A stretch of 60,768 nucleotides of DNA, taken from NCBI GenBank assembly GCA_026025075.1, contig JAPEUI010000098.1, forward strand, positions 1 through 60,768, written 5' to 3'. The position numbers were made by a program, and so were the translations under genes. This document shows positions 27,943 through 40,084 of the stretch, piece after piece; positions within the stretch are counted from its first letter, which is position 1; every line of letters begins with the position of its first letter. The DNA comes from Vezdaea acicularis. Lineage: Eukaryota. The notes below the pieces were generated by a model, which ran no database searches, was not told the origin of the DNA, and was given only the letters and a program-made list of their open reading frames with translations.

Positions 27943-28558
27943 TGTCCCGTCATGAGATGCGGGGTGACTCGATAGTCGGGGTGGGCGTTCTGGGGATGTA
28001 CGTGAAGGCAGTACTATGACGTTTTATACCAAGAGCATATTCGAAGAGCGAACAGGCTCGCGAATTACAACAAGGCAAACTTCAGAAGTCTAAAAAACAA
28101 TCCAGCTATTTCAAATCAGATCTTCAACGAACGATGCCTGGTGCACGCACATTTATCTCACGCGAGCGATATATCGCTAGGACGATCCTTGGTGTCCGAT
28201 CTCCTCCAGCACAGACCTCATCACACGGCCGCACGGACAGAGAGCTTCCCTTGCAGATCGCCCCGCGCCGACAAAAAGCCTCCCCAGACGGATCATACTC
28301 CGCATTGCTGCCCATGGCTGCAATGCGCGACTGCCACGGTCCAAGGCCTAACTCCTCCACGGCTCAGTATGGCCGCATATCTTTAGCGTCTTCGCACGGC
28401 AGTCATGGGTCTGCCATGAGTGCATTCTTTTCGTTACCTGTGTATCCTGCTACGCTGCGCCGCTGCCAACATTGCAGTGAGCTCTTCACTTCTCAGCACA
28501 CGTCCTGCCTTGTCACACCTTTAAGACGAGCCGGTCGTCGTGAAAAAGGCCCTTCACC

Positions 28559-29800
28559 ATGCTCGCCCATTCCCTCCTGCAACCCATCCGCTACCTCCCC
28601 CTCCTGCTCTCTCTTGCCTTCCCAACGCACGCAGAGGAGAGCCCATCGAACCCAGACCCCAACCCCGACCCCATCCCGGGAAAGTCGACGTCCAATGGCC
28701 GCAACAATGGCAATGGCCAGCAAAGGCCCGCGAGTGGTGCCATCCCGGGGACTGACGGCCCATTGAACAACGGCCTAGACGAGTACCAGATCAAGTGCGC
28801 GGCGTCACTGCCAGAGGGCTTCTATGGCGACGGCCGGGTGATGGGCGTGCCGTACTGGAATAAGTGGCATTTCAAGGACCTGGTAGATCTATGTTCGGCC
28901 TTTGGGAATCGGGAGGGGAATTATGGCGGCCTTGTATGTTGTGCCCATCCGTAGCCCCTCACCTTTACTGGCTCGTTCCCCCATAATCTCGAACGCTGTC
29001 ACTCCATTACAATCCTAACCCTAACCCTAGCTTCCATTTCCCCTTTTGCCCCTTCCACAACACCGTCACTAGTAACGGAAACCGCTAAAGTATCATACGC
29101 ACAGTGTTACCCTACCGGGCCATCCCATCCCTCATACCCAGGACGCTTCCTGAAGTGGTCGCTGGAGCACAGCATGCGTGTGCAGCTGTTCGACAAGCGC
29201 GTCTGGAAGTACTGCATGGACTATTGTTTCTGCGACGACCCCGCCGGAAGCGACGATCAGATGATGGCCGGCCTGCGCAAGGCCGCCGAACATTATGGCA
29301 TGCGCTTTAGTGAAGCGACAGGCCAAGAACAGGGCGCTGGGGCTCAGCAAGGAGGACAGGCAACGGCACAGGGGCAGGGGCAGACGGGCCAACAAGAAGA
29401 TCCATGGCCCGGCCTGCAGTATAACGACCTGGGCATGATGGGAGACCCCAACTACGACGCCGACAGCGATAGCGACACCAATGCCGAAGCGGCTCTCGCC
29501 CAATACGTAGCCTTCCAGGCAGAGCTAGCGGCGGCCCAGCTTGGCGGGCAGGCCGGACGTCGACGGAGGCCGCCTGGCTGCGCGGGAAGTGGGACGTGTG
29601 GGAAGACTGGGGGGCAGGGAAGCTTGCCGCGGAAATATATCGATGCAAAGACGCTGGACCCGGGGGCATGTGCGGCCTCGAAGGGATATCAGCATTTGCC
29701 CCCTGGCAGGAGGCGGCCCGGGACGCTGCCGATGAGCTGTGCGATGGAGGCGATGTCGGCTTTTAAGGGGCCTTTCGGGGGGAGGAGACGCCGAGTATAG
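28559..29800 (+). CDS. Secreted cysteine-containing hypothetical protein (exons 28559-28933, 29105-29800)
   Basis: Signal-peptide-like MLAHSLLQPIRYLPLLLSLAFPTHA. A GTATGT..GCTAAA..CAG intron joins YGGL|CYP in frame with ORF 29174-29800. Confidence 0.7.
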
Positions 29801-29941
29801 GTTGTCAGACGGCGCGATGGGTGCATGTATGTATGTATGTGGGTGAATGGGTGGAGTGTAGGTAAGTTTGTATGTATGAGTGGTCACAAATCAATTTCAT
29901 TTCCTCTATTTGAGAGTCTGTCTCCCCCCAACTGCAACGGC

Positions 29942-30890
29942 TCAAGAAAACTTTGTCCGCGACCGCTCCAGCTTCACGCCGTCGAGCCAAATATCCACCT
30001 TCTCGTTGTAGAAGCACAGCTGTCCCGCCACGACGACGCTCTCGGGCGTCGGGAAGCGGTACCACCAGATGGCATCGCGATGCTCCTTCTTAGCACAGTG
30101 GACGTTATAGTAGTTTGCCTCGCCCTTGTAGGGGCACCGAGTCGTCGTCTTGCTCTCGCTGAGCTTCGACCAGTCGACAGAGGTGGGCGGCAGGTAGTAC
30201 CGCGTCGGCAGCCCCGTTTCGAAGAGGGCCAGAGACGAGTGGGATTCGGCGATGAGCTCGTCTTCGATTTTGACCACGATGTGGCGGCTGCTGGGGAGGA
30301 TGTCCACGCGCTTGTACGGGTCTTTGGGGTGTACGTAGATCGCTTGGTCTTCTTCGTACCAGGCGTCTGTGTCATGTTCGTCGAGTTAGCAGCCGCTCGA
30401 CCTTGCGCCTGAACAGAGTGATGGCGTGTCGTTCTACCTTACATCGCGAGATTTGGGGGTGGGATAAAGGGATGATTGACTAACCCACGCTCGCGAACTC
30501 GACCCGTATCAGCCCCTCCAGCGGGCCCTTGTTAAACGCAATCAATCTGTCATTCTTGGTCCCTGCGACCTCTAGAGTGTATAATCTTGCACCTCCGCCT
30601 TCCACCTCGGCGCCCTGCTTCAGCGTGACGGCTTTGGAGAACGTGCTTATGGGGAGATAGTACTGCGGGAAGTACTGGTGTTCCCAGACCCATTTAGCGT
30701 TCTGGGCGTCGGCGACCCAGATCCCGGCATGACGGACGCGGATTCGGCGCGGAGAGGTCTCAAGCTTGTGCGGGCCTTTGGAGAGGAGGGATTGGGCGAG
30801 GCGCGTGAGGCTACGGTGGGGAGGAGGATGTTAGCTGGAGTAGTGCGGACGAAAGGGGGGAGGGGGAGGTTCTGGGGCTCACTCGGACAT
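29942..30890 (-). CDS. Tandem DUF427-domain protein; 2 introns
   Basis: SPRRIRV..WVWEH.YFPQYYLP, then HPKDPYKRVDILPSSR..LFETGLPTRYYLP..CPYKGEANYY..WWY. Confidence 0.9.
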
Positions 30891-31401
30891 TGCTGCTGAG
30901 GTTGGGGAAGCGCGGGTTGAGAGCAGGCGGGAGAGCATAAATCTCATGTAGAGAGGTTTGTTATGTCAGATTTGCTCGGTTGAGCTCTTATAAAGCTCCT
31001 GACTAGGAGCTCAAGCTCCATGACGGAGCAGGGCGGATGGGTATTTGTCAACCGTGCGGGGTACATTTCGCTCGATTAGATGACCCGGATTTTGACGTAA
31101 GCGCATCTTTAGGTTTTCTGAATCGGGTGTCATCACTCGGATGCGCTGTAGAAACACCTCTGAAATGGTTTTGGATATGCTCGGAAACTTTCTTGGATGA
31201 CCGGTAGTGAAAGCTACGTGCATGAAACGCCCTCGCCTATGACGGACAGGATAAAGGTAGAAAGACGACCAAATGTATGTTCAAAAAAGTAACAAAGTGA
31301 CATCTAAGAAGCAATATTCATTCCAATTTCAAATTTTCATACTCTTATGTCAACTCCAAATCCATCCTTCTCCCAACCCTTTGCTAGCACTTACTCGCTA
31401 C

Positions 31402-33202
31402 CTACTTAATGTCCTTTTCATTACTGTCCACCGTCTCGATCATCTCCCCCTGTACTCCCTTCCGGGATACAACGCTTGCCTGCCTGACCGCATGATCCTC
31501 CGTATCCTCGTAGCTGATAAGCAATTCCCCATTCTTCCCATATCGTCTCGGCTCATCCCTTGCCACCTTCACCACGTTGAACCAGCCCGACGCGCCGTGG
31601 ACGCGGCAGAAGATGCTGTCCATTTCCTCGAGTGAACGATACGCCGTCTCGGGATAGAAGAAAAAGACCACTGGGACGATGAAGGCGTTTCTGTGTTCTC
31701 AGTGTCAGCAAGTCGATCGCGTGAGCAAAAGGGGTGATTTGAAGGACGCACATGACAGCGAAGATAATATAAGTCCTATATCCGATACTCGCGAAGGAGA
31801 CCGGCGTGATCATGACAACCATAAAGTTAAACGCCCAGTTTGCGGATGTAGACAGCGCATTCGCTGGAGCCCGGATGCGTAAAGGAACGATCTCAGCTGG
31901 ATACAGCCACGTCATCCCTAACCAACCAATCGCGAAGAACGTATTGAAGATAAATAGGAACGCTGCGGCAACAATGCCAGTTGTAGTCGATTTGAGATGA
32001 GGGGATGTCATGACGGCGAGGATGACCATGCTGGCACTCATGCCCGCGGCACCAAACAGCATTAGAGAACGGCGCCCAAACTTCTCGATCGTAAATACCG
32101 CAATCCAAGAAGCAATGAAGTATTCCGTCCCATTTGCGCCGGCAAGGATGCGGGAGTTGAGACCAGAGAGCCCAATTTGTTGTTGGAATATCACTGCAGC
32201 GTAGTACGTGATTAGGTTGATGCCTGATATCTGCTGGAAGACTTGGTTGACGTAGGCTAGTACAGTGCGGTGGAAATGGCGGTTCTCATCCATAGTAAAT
32301 AGGTCGGCAAATGAAAATCTAGGTGGCGTACTCAGCACAGCTCTTCGTCATGGAATCTTGCAACTTACTGTTTCATCTCGAGAACGGTGTCTTTAATGGC
32401 AATGAACTCGTTGGTAACATATGGGTCATGCGCCGGCAAGTTGCTCAGAGCTGAAAGAACATCCATAGCTTCATTCTCTTCCCCTTTCAGGATGAGCCAC
32501 CGTGGGGACTCGGGCAGCTCGAGGATGAGTACGATGATAAGAATAGCGAAAACCATCTGAAAAGCGATAGGAAATCGCCAAGCAACCTCGCTTGGTTCAA
32601 GGAAAGAGAAGCCAAAGTCTAACCAATATGACAAGCAGATTCCGCCGGTAATCAGCGCACCCTCGATCATGACGAGTTGTCCACGTCTATGCGATCTCGA
32701 GGTCTCTGATTGCCAGGTTGGTACTGTCGAGGTGTTCAGACCGTTGCCGTACCCCGTCACCAGCCTCCCGACTATAAAATGGGGTAGTTGAAATGCTGAG
32801 GCCTGTAGCGCAGCGCCGACGATCATAATGGACGACCCGAGGAAGATGGTCTTCCGCCTTCCAAGAACATCACCAACCCAGATGCAAGAGACGGCGCCGA
32901 AGAAACAGCCGACATTGTAGCTCGCCACGGATATGCCTTGTACAACTGCTCGATGAATTGTCTTATCCGTCCTAGTATCAATTTCCGGGAAAGTTTTACA
33001 GAAAGAGGGTAGAGTGAGCAGCCCGCCCATAACGCCTTGATCATACCCAAACAACCTATCCCATAGCACTCATCAATCAACTTCCCCGCGCAAGCCGACA
33101 GACTTGAAACACTCACAAGAAATCCAACCCCGCCAGCACCCCCACAGCAATGTTTAGCCTCGTGCCCTTAAGGCCGAAGTACTTGCTCCCCTTCCCGTAC
33201 AT
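31402..33202 (-). CDS. MFS sugar porter, STL1-like (glycerol/polyol:H+ symporter)
   Basis: LFGYDQGVMGGLL, DVLGRR, VPTWQSE, PESPRWL, QQISGINLITYY, WLYPAEI, YPET; 3 canonical introns. Confidence 0.95.
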
Positions 33203-34335
33203 TGTCTATTCCAATTGGGTCTCAATGCTTGGTGGTGGTAATTCTAGATAGCTGGCTTCTCCGCCTATTGCATGGCCAGATAGATATGTGGGCCATCGCT
33301 CACGGTGCGGAAGGCTTGCGGCATATTACCTTGGCTCGCTGCGTGGTGGACCGTTGATGCCCCACGCTTCGGAAGGATGCAGCGATAGATGGACCTGCAA
33401 CGCATTGGGTCACGAGACCGTGCCTCGTCGCGTTAGGATGAAACTGCGCCGATATAGATGGTATCGTTGTTGCATCCCTCAGAACGGCGCATCTGTACAT
33501 GTGGGCGATGACGATCTGGGTCCAGGGATGATGCCTGTCTCGGATGCCCGAGGCCGATGAAGGCGGGGAGAGGTTCTTAGGCGAGGCAGCGATCGGCGAT
33601 ACCCCTGGCTAAAGCGCTGTGGCGTGGGAACGGTCGCTTGCCGGTATTCGGGTAAGTAAGGTTATTTCACGTGGATCGAGTTCATATCGCACTACACCTA
33701 ACTCGGCGCTAGCGCCATTGCCCTTTTTACACAATCTGATTGGGACCACCCACTGATAATCAACAACACAAGGGAAAGAGCACTGCAAACTCCTAGAAAG
33801 CAACGACAAGGCGGCGTCAAGTTTATTTTGTGCTGACTAAACAGCGCCGTTCAGCCCACCCGGAATGCTTATTTCCGATATTGTGATTATCACGTTCATG
33901 GGAGGCCGGAAAGTCTACAGGAGCCAATCAGAGCAGTCCCTCATGGCTTCATTCACTCTCTCTCCCCGTGACTTCGCCCACCCTCCGCACAAGTTCATTC
34001 TTCCTTCTTTAGTAGCGAAAATCTCACTGTGAAAACCTTATAAACATCGATAGTGCACCTGAAAGACGAAGAACCTAGAATAAAGAACATCAAGACAATA
34101 CTTATATAGCTTCCGCACCGACAATTCAGTCTGCAAATCGAGGCCAGCTTGCGTGCCTTGAGACGTTCACGGGTGGAGCTATCCGCCAGTCGGGACGTTC
34201 ACCAATCAAAACGCCCGTTAGCCAAGCTAATCAACGATCCATAAATCATCAAGGTAAAATCTCCCAACGACGTAGATCTGATGATCTAATCACACAAAAT
34301 AGCTCGCAGTACTAATGGTAGTGTAAATAGCTGCA

Positions 34336-34935
34336 ATGGCAGACCCATTGCAAATAATGAAGGCGGAGCTAGAAAAAGCAGAGCTTGAGAAAGATTACAT
34401 GCAACAGCTTTTGGCTCAGAAAACCCACTTCCTTGATCAAAAAATTGCAGCAGACCTAAAACGCCGAGATGTGTACCTCGGCAGAAATGTGCTCCTCGAG
34501 GGTTGGGGGGTGAGGATTCAAGAACAACAGGCTGCAATCGGAGAAAGAAAGAGCTTGTGGCGTCAATTCAGACGTATTTATGCCCAAAGGAGGATAAGAC
34601 TAGCGAATGAGACGCAGCAAGCATACGATGAAAGGATGGTATTTATGAACGAGGTAAAACGTTTACTTAAGCAGGAGAGCATACAGCGGAACGAAGAGCT
34701 GGCAAAACTTACTCTGGAGAAATGGGAACTCGTGATGTGCTGGATGAGCCTAAGCGAGGATGAAAGGGAGATGAACAAGGACTTTGATGAGCTGTGCGGC
34801 GAGGTTCTTGTAATGAGAGAGGATGGTGTTGAACTTGATAGGAAGATACGAGAGGTGGACAGAATGAGAGCCGCATACGAGGTTGAATCAACGAGGGTGA
34901 TGATCGAAGGAATGGGGCGTCTAGCTTCGAGCTAG
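34336..34935 (+). CDS. Hypothetical coiled-coil protein, 199 aa, intronless
   Basis: E/K/R/L/Q-rich helical ORF. A plausible 5'UTR intron (GTAAAA..CTAAT..AG, ~34254-34302) suggests it is transcribed. Confidence 0.55.
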   Translation: MADPLQIMKAELEKAELEKDYMQQLLAQKTHFLDQKIAADLKRRDVYLGRNVLLEGWGVRIQEQQAAIGERKSLWRQFRRIYAQRRIRLANETQQAYDERMVFMNEVKRLLKQESIQRNEELAKLTLEKWELVMCWMSLSEDEREMNKDFDELCGEVLVMREDGVELDRKIREVDRMRAAYEVESTRVMIEGMGRLASS

Positions 34936-37159
34936 ATCTGGAACTCCACGGACACGCCGTCTAATGCTTGGACATCCGACTTCCCCGTGTCGTGTCAGGT
35001 AGACGATGCCGCGGCTTTCTGGAGGATTTTGACTTGGGTAGAGATATCTACGTGATCAGATAGCTAGAATGGAATCCTGGCACAGGTAGATGTAAAACCC
35101 AAATTGTGGTTCTCCGGGAGCGAAATAACTTTTACAAGCGAATTTACTCCCCGTGCCGCCACATGACCTGTCCTTGTCCCAATGATCAACCACAATGACA
35201 ATTGAGCGTTTCTACTGCCGATTCCATCCCTGATATCCCATCTTTATTCGATGCTAACTTGTAATAACGTATCCCACAAGCGGGCTGATCACAAAAGCAA
35301 ATTGACCACCGCCAAAGTGCTTACAATCTTGACCTTCAGTCATCAACCACAGCAACATCAGCACAAGGGTAATTATACCACAGATTGTTCTTTTGATGTT
35401 TGATGCACAAGTGAGCGTCACCTCCGGTATTCAAGCATGCATTATAGCATCACCCTTTATCTTCCACTTGAATTAGAGATGCCTTTTCATTTTCTACTTG
35501 TTGAGCCAGTTTATTCTTCAGTAATAGCAACCCGAGTGATATTCCGTTCTTTCTATTTACCGAGTCCATCATCTCGCTACGACAGAGCTCAAAATCGCAT
35601 GATACCACAGTCATTGACCGCAAGTCGAAATCGTACGTATCTCGGTGCATTTATCCCCTCACAAAAATCCATCCCAAGCATAAGGCACAAACCGACCGGA
35701 CAATCCACCACTATAGCCCAACCAAACCGCAAAACCTAATGAAGAAGGGCTTAAGCTTGGAACATAGCCCAAACTAAAAAGTATTAAACCAAGTCCTGAA
35801 GCCCCATGAGAAACACCACTGTAGCACCAGCCCCACCAAATTCCCAACCCCAACCGCAAACTCTGCCCCTAACCCGCGACCTCCCAAAAAAATCACTATA
35901 GCAGGCTCGAAAACCCGAGACCCAAGACCCGAGACCCAAGACTGAAGTCAGACCCCCAAAATCAACCTACCAACCAAACGCCAAGAAACCCCGTTTTCCG
36001 ACGGGAGTATCATCTACCTACCGCCCTCTTCCCAAAACCTCGGTACAGTAGCGGAGCTGAACCCGACAAAAGACCTCGAAGCGGAATATCCATGCACAGG
36101 AATCTCCCCCCCCCTTTATTTATCTACCTCCTCACAGGACCGAGCTCGACCTGTGTATAAGTCCAGAAAGAAAGGTATATTCTCCAGCCGATCATATACT
36201 GCGCCCAATAAATCTCACAAGGCGTACGTCTATAATGTTCCAATCCCCGAACTGGCGAAGGTTTAACCCGGGGGGAACCGGACGGAAAGGTGGATGATCA
36301 GGCGGGCATCTTCACGCTCTCACGCGTGTGCAAGAAAAACCAGGGGGGGGCGGAGATGTGTAGCAGTGGGGCCAATTCATTGATGCTAATCGCCTTACGC
36401 CACTACCACCACCAATACTAAAGCCCTGCATGATCGCCAAAGCCAAAGCCAGAGTCAAGCCCCACCACACACCACTCCCTTCCCACCGATCCCGTAGCAA
36501 AAGGGAAAGCAAGCAAGAGGCCCCACACAAGCCGAAAAAGCCGTTGCTCATCCAGCCACCCCGCCAACCAGCCGCCAAAGCCGAACGGAAGCCCAAAGGA
36601 AGCCAGCCATGTGCACCACTCCCACCAACCAGTCGAGTGAATTAGCCCACCTGCTGATTTCATGCCCTCCCATGCCGTTACAGTCCATTCCGGCCCGTTC
36701 CGGCCAACCGTTCGTTCGTTCGTGCCCTGCCAGATTTCCATTCCGTATCGCAGCAACACGAGCACCAGCACCAGAGATAAAGATAAATAAGTAAAAAAAA
36801 TAAGCCGTCCATAAAAAGTGGGTGCTGATGCTGGGTGGGGGCATAACGAGAAGTGAAATTTGCAGCGTTTGAGATGAATTGCGAGGGACAAGAGTGAGGG
36901 TGAGAGTGATAAGGGTATTTGCCTGCCGAAACCGGCGGGAAAGGATGTTGTGTTATCGTCAGTCCCTCATGCTAACAATCAGCCTTTCGAGGACGTGCAT
37001 GTCGGTAGCAGCTCAAAAAAATCGATCAAAATTTCAGATGCCATTTGCGCAAAATAGCGAAAGATGCGAGAATGTGATTGCGGAAATCTTGCGAGAAGAG
37101 TGGAGTGTTTGGAGTGGTAGACCGAACACGTCGTAGTCGTATATCTATAACATTAGGCT

Positions 37160-40084
37160 TCATCGGGTAGCAGTTGATTCCTTCGGCTTCCAGAAATGCA
37201 TCATGCGACTTAGTCTCTTGCCCTTTTTCTTCTCAGATTTTTCAGGTGTGTCTGGTTGCGCTCTCTCTTCGATGCTGAGTTTGCTCTTCTCGCCGTGGCT
37301 GCTGCTGACCAATCTACTCAGGCTCACTAGACTGGCCCGCTTTCCTGCCAGCGAGCGCCTCGATTGATTTTGAGAAGGGCAGGATGAGATGGAGAACGAG
37401 CGTTCACCATGACTGGTATAGGCTGCCGCGCGGGAGGCAGGAAAGACGTCGGTGTATTTGTTGGCAGCAGCACTGGTCATGGTGGAGTTGCTGCTTGTGA
37501 GAGAGGGCACGTCCTCCACGGACATACGCATATCATTGCGTACTTCAGGGCCAGGTTCACCAAGAAGGAGCGAGTCGAGCGTTTGATCGTCCGTAAAGGA
37601 AGAAGAGGCCGTGACAACTCGAGGGGCGTCAAAAAAGGTGGGTGGGAAGTCCGGAGAGGGAAAAGATGAGCTCCCAACGGAAGAAGGCGTTTGAGGGGTT
37701 AAGTACGGCGGGTAAGGAGTAGCAATTCCGATGTTAACCGGAGGCTGTACTTCTTTTGCAGCCTTTGCAGGCAAGGGTGGAGTGATCGTAGAGTCTGAAG
37801 ATTTCGTGATTGATAATGGTCGCGGAGGCTCTTCTGCATTTTCGACAGGACTTTCCGCTTCCTCTTGAATCGCTTCGTCCCTCAAAGACCCCACCGATCG
37901 CTCATAGGCGAGGTTCGGTGTGAACTCTCGGCGCTCAACCTCGCTCAAGCCGCTTCCCTTTCTCTTCACTCCCCTCTGAGCTTCCTTCGGTTCATAAGCA
38001 GTCCAAGCTAGAGCCCCGAGCTCTCGCGAATCAGCCGAATCAACGACGCTGATTCCCATACCAAAAACTTCCTCCTTCTCCTCTTCTGATCTTGCTTTCT
38101 TGGTATCGGGCTTCTTGTTACCGTGCTCGCATTCCGCTTCTTCATCCTCTTCTTCGTCCTCTTCAAAGACATCAGCCATTGTTGAACTACTGCCATAGCG
38201 ATGAATACTAAATTGTGACTGATCGACTACTGCCATCTCAGGAGCACTCTCGGTACGGCGATGGTAATGCATGCCGGGCCCACCAAAGCCGCCAGTAATA
38301 CCACTGCTGTGCATACGGCGTTTCGCAGGAGTAAGACCTCCGCCTCGTAAGAAATTGGCGTATTCCGAAGAACCCAAACTTGGGGTGTTGAAGGGGCCTA
38401 AAGCCGCGTCCAGGTCAATGACGGGGCTCAAGGATTCCATTTCTGGCTCGTGTACGGTATCTTTTCTTTCCTGGTAAGGCGAAGATGTGTCGAGCTGCGG
38501 GGGAGAGGGAGGCGCTGCATCTTGAACGTCCGTGAAGTCGGGAGAGTGATCGCTACTACCTGGTAGTTCTGGCTGGATATTCTTTCCTGGCGCCATACTT
38601 CGCAAAGGAGGGGTAGGCGAACGTCGAAGTTGCCCCTTTCGTTTCTGGCTTCCGTGCTTTGGCTTTCGGGATAGTATTGAGCCGGCCCATGTCTTGACTT
38701 TCTTCTGTTTCTTGAACGGACGATCTGGTGATTTGCTCTTCACCAAGGCTGACTGCTGTAGCCCGTGGTCAGACGGTACTGGGGTTACCGTGCGCGGCAA
38801 TGAGCTGTCTGAACTTGCAGGAGAATCTGCGTGCACAGAATCGAATTGAGAAATCTTCAACGATCTCTTGTCCTTTGACTTGAGATCGGGATCTGAGAAG
38901 AATCTTGCACCAAGTATACGATTTGCTCCTACGAATCTCTCCGAGCTTGGAGAGCTCGTAGGGCTCGCAGAAGCAGAGCTCGGCCGTTTCGACGCTGATG
39001 CAAACAAATCCGGTGCAAACGCCTTGACAGCACATTGACTATTCATGACTGCTCCTGCCGTTTTAGGTCTCACTGGGGCCGCCGCCTCTTCTAAGGGAAC
39101 ATCAAGCATCCTTCGATCTTGCTTTGCGGATGGAGGGCTCGCCGCAGCGGTGCTAATAACGGATGAGATGCTTCCTGAAACCGAATGACCTCGGACAGTA
39201 GTGATACTGCTAGACGTTTCCGAGGATAGAGAGGAAAGTGGACGAGGGATGAACTCGACGGTATCGGAGAATCCCACTCGGCTCCTTGGTGGGCCGGGGT
39301 TGAACCTCGGAGAACGGGGCGTGGGAGGGGCAGGGTCGGCAGTCGATGTATTCGGAACATGAAAGGATGAAGCTTCTCGAGGTGGGCTTTGATCCATCTC
39401 AGAGAATGTTGTAAGCTTCACGTCCGTCTCTGCTGGGCTTGTAGGTGCACTTCCTCCCCGAGGTATCTGGGTGGGTAATTGAGGTTTAAGGATTACAGAG
39501 AGATCATGACAGGAGATTGCTCCTGATCGGCGGTGAGCATGACCACGACGTCCGGCGATAGGGCCAGTGCTGGGTCCAAGACGAGAAGGAGTATCAGGAA
39601 ACGGGAGTACGCCGTCACCTTTGGTCGGGCTGGTGCTCATGAGACCAGGTCCGCCCTTTTGGCCATCCCCTCCAATGAATTCACTGCCACCGCGGCGATG
39701 GCCGACTGGCCTACTCGGAATGGGCATGTTGGCAGTTGGAGAGGCAGGTGGGCTGTTCAACCCTGTCACGGGGTCATGATGTATCGACGGGTGGAAGTCG
39801 AAGGCTGGCAGAGCACTCGCGGTACGGCGCTTATTGGAGCCACTCTGAACGGGATTGCTCGGGCTGATGGCTGGAGCTGCAGTAATTGGCCTTCGCCCAA
39901 GATTGAGAGTCGTCGTCTTGGGACTCGATGATGAGGCAGGACGCATTGGAAAGACGAAAGGCGGGTTTGGTTCGGGGATGGTGGTCTCTACGATTGTTGA
40001 TGTCATATTCGCATGTAGACCCGACGCATCCCGGTCGTAGCCCTCTGAAACATGCTGCCAGACCTGCTGTCTCGTTTGAGCCAT
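37160..40084 (-). CDS. Ser/Pro-rich, largely disordered fungal protein, 974 aa
   Basis: 2.9-kb open frame with short motif blocks (GHRRGGSEFIGG, GHAHRRSGAIS, KVKTWAGSIL, PVIDLDAALGPF, HRRTESAP). Function unknown. Confidence 0.85.
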   Translation of the reverse strand: MAQTRQQVWQHVSEGYDRDASGLHANMTSTIVETTIPEPNPPFVFPMRPASSSSPKTTTLNLGRRPITAAPAISPSNPVQSGSNKRRTASALPAFDFHPSIHHDPVTGLNSPPASPTANMPIPSRPVGHRRGGSEFIGGDGQKGGPGLMSTSPTKGDGVLPFPDTPSRLGPSTGPIAGRRGHAHRRSGAISCHDLSVILKPQLPTQIPRGGSAPTSPAETDVKLTTFSEMDQSPPREASSFHVPNTSTADPAPPTPRSPRFNPGPPRSRVGFSDTVEFIPRPLSSLSSETSSSITTVRGHSVSGSISSVISTAAASPPSAKQDRRMLDVPLEEAAAPVRPKTAGAVMNSQCAVKAFAPDLFASASKRPSSASASPTSSPSSERFVGANRILGARFFSDPDLKSKDKRSLKISQFDSVHADSPASSDSSLPRTVTPVPSDHGLQQSALVKSKSPDRPFKKQKKVKTWAGSILSRKPKHGSQKRKGQLRRSPTPPLRSMAPGKNIQPELPGSSDHSPDFTDVQDAAPPSPPQLDTSSPYQERKDTVHEPEMESLSPVIDLDAALGPFNTPSLGSSEYANFLRGGGLTPAKRRMHSSGITGGFGGPGMHYHRRTESAPEMAVVDQSQFSIHRYGSSSTMADVFEEDEEEDEEAECEHGNKKPDTKKARSEEEKEEVFGMGISVVDSADSRELGALAWTAYEPKEAQRGVKRKGSGLSEVERREFTPNLAYERSVGSLRDEAIQEEAESPVENAEEPPRPLSITKSSDSTITPPLPAKAAKEVQPPVNIGIATPYPPYLTPQTPSSVGSSSFPSPDFPPTFFDAPRVVTASSSFTDDQTLDSLLLGEPGPEVRNDMRMSVEDVPSLTSSNSTMTSAAANKYTDVFPASRAAAYTSHGERSFSISSCPSQNQSRRSLAGKRASLVSLSRLVSSSHGEKSKLSIEERAQPDTPEKSEKKKGKRLSRMMHFWKPKESTATR

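Noticed and set aside
35910..36800. Short tandem repeats (GACCC[GA]A, GCCAAA, TTCG) as a CRISPR-like or mobile array
   Set aside because: Simple microsatellite-like sequence in a 3' intergenic region, with no repeat-spacer structure or termini.
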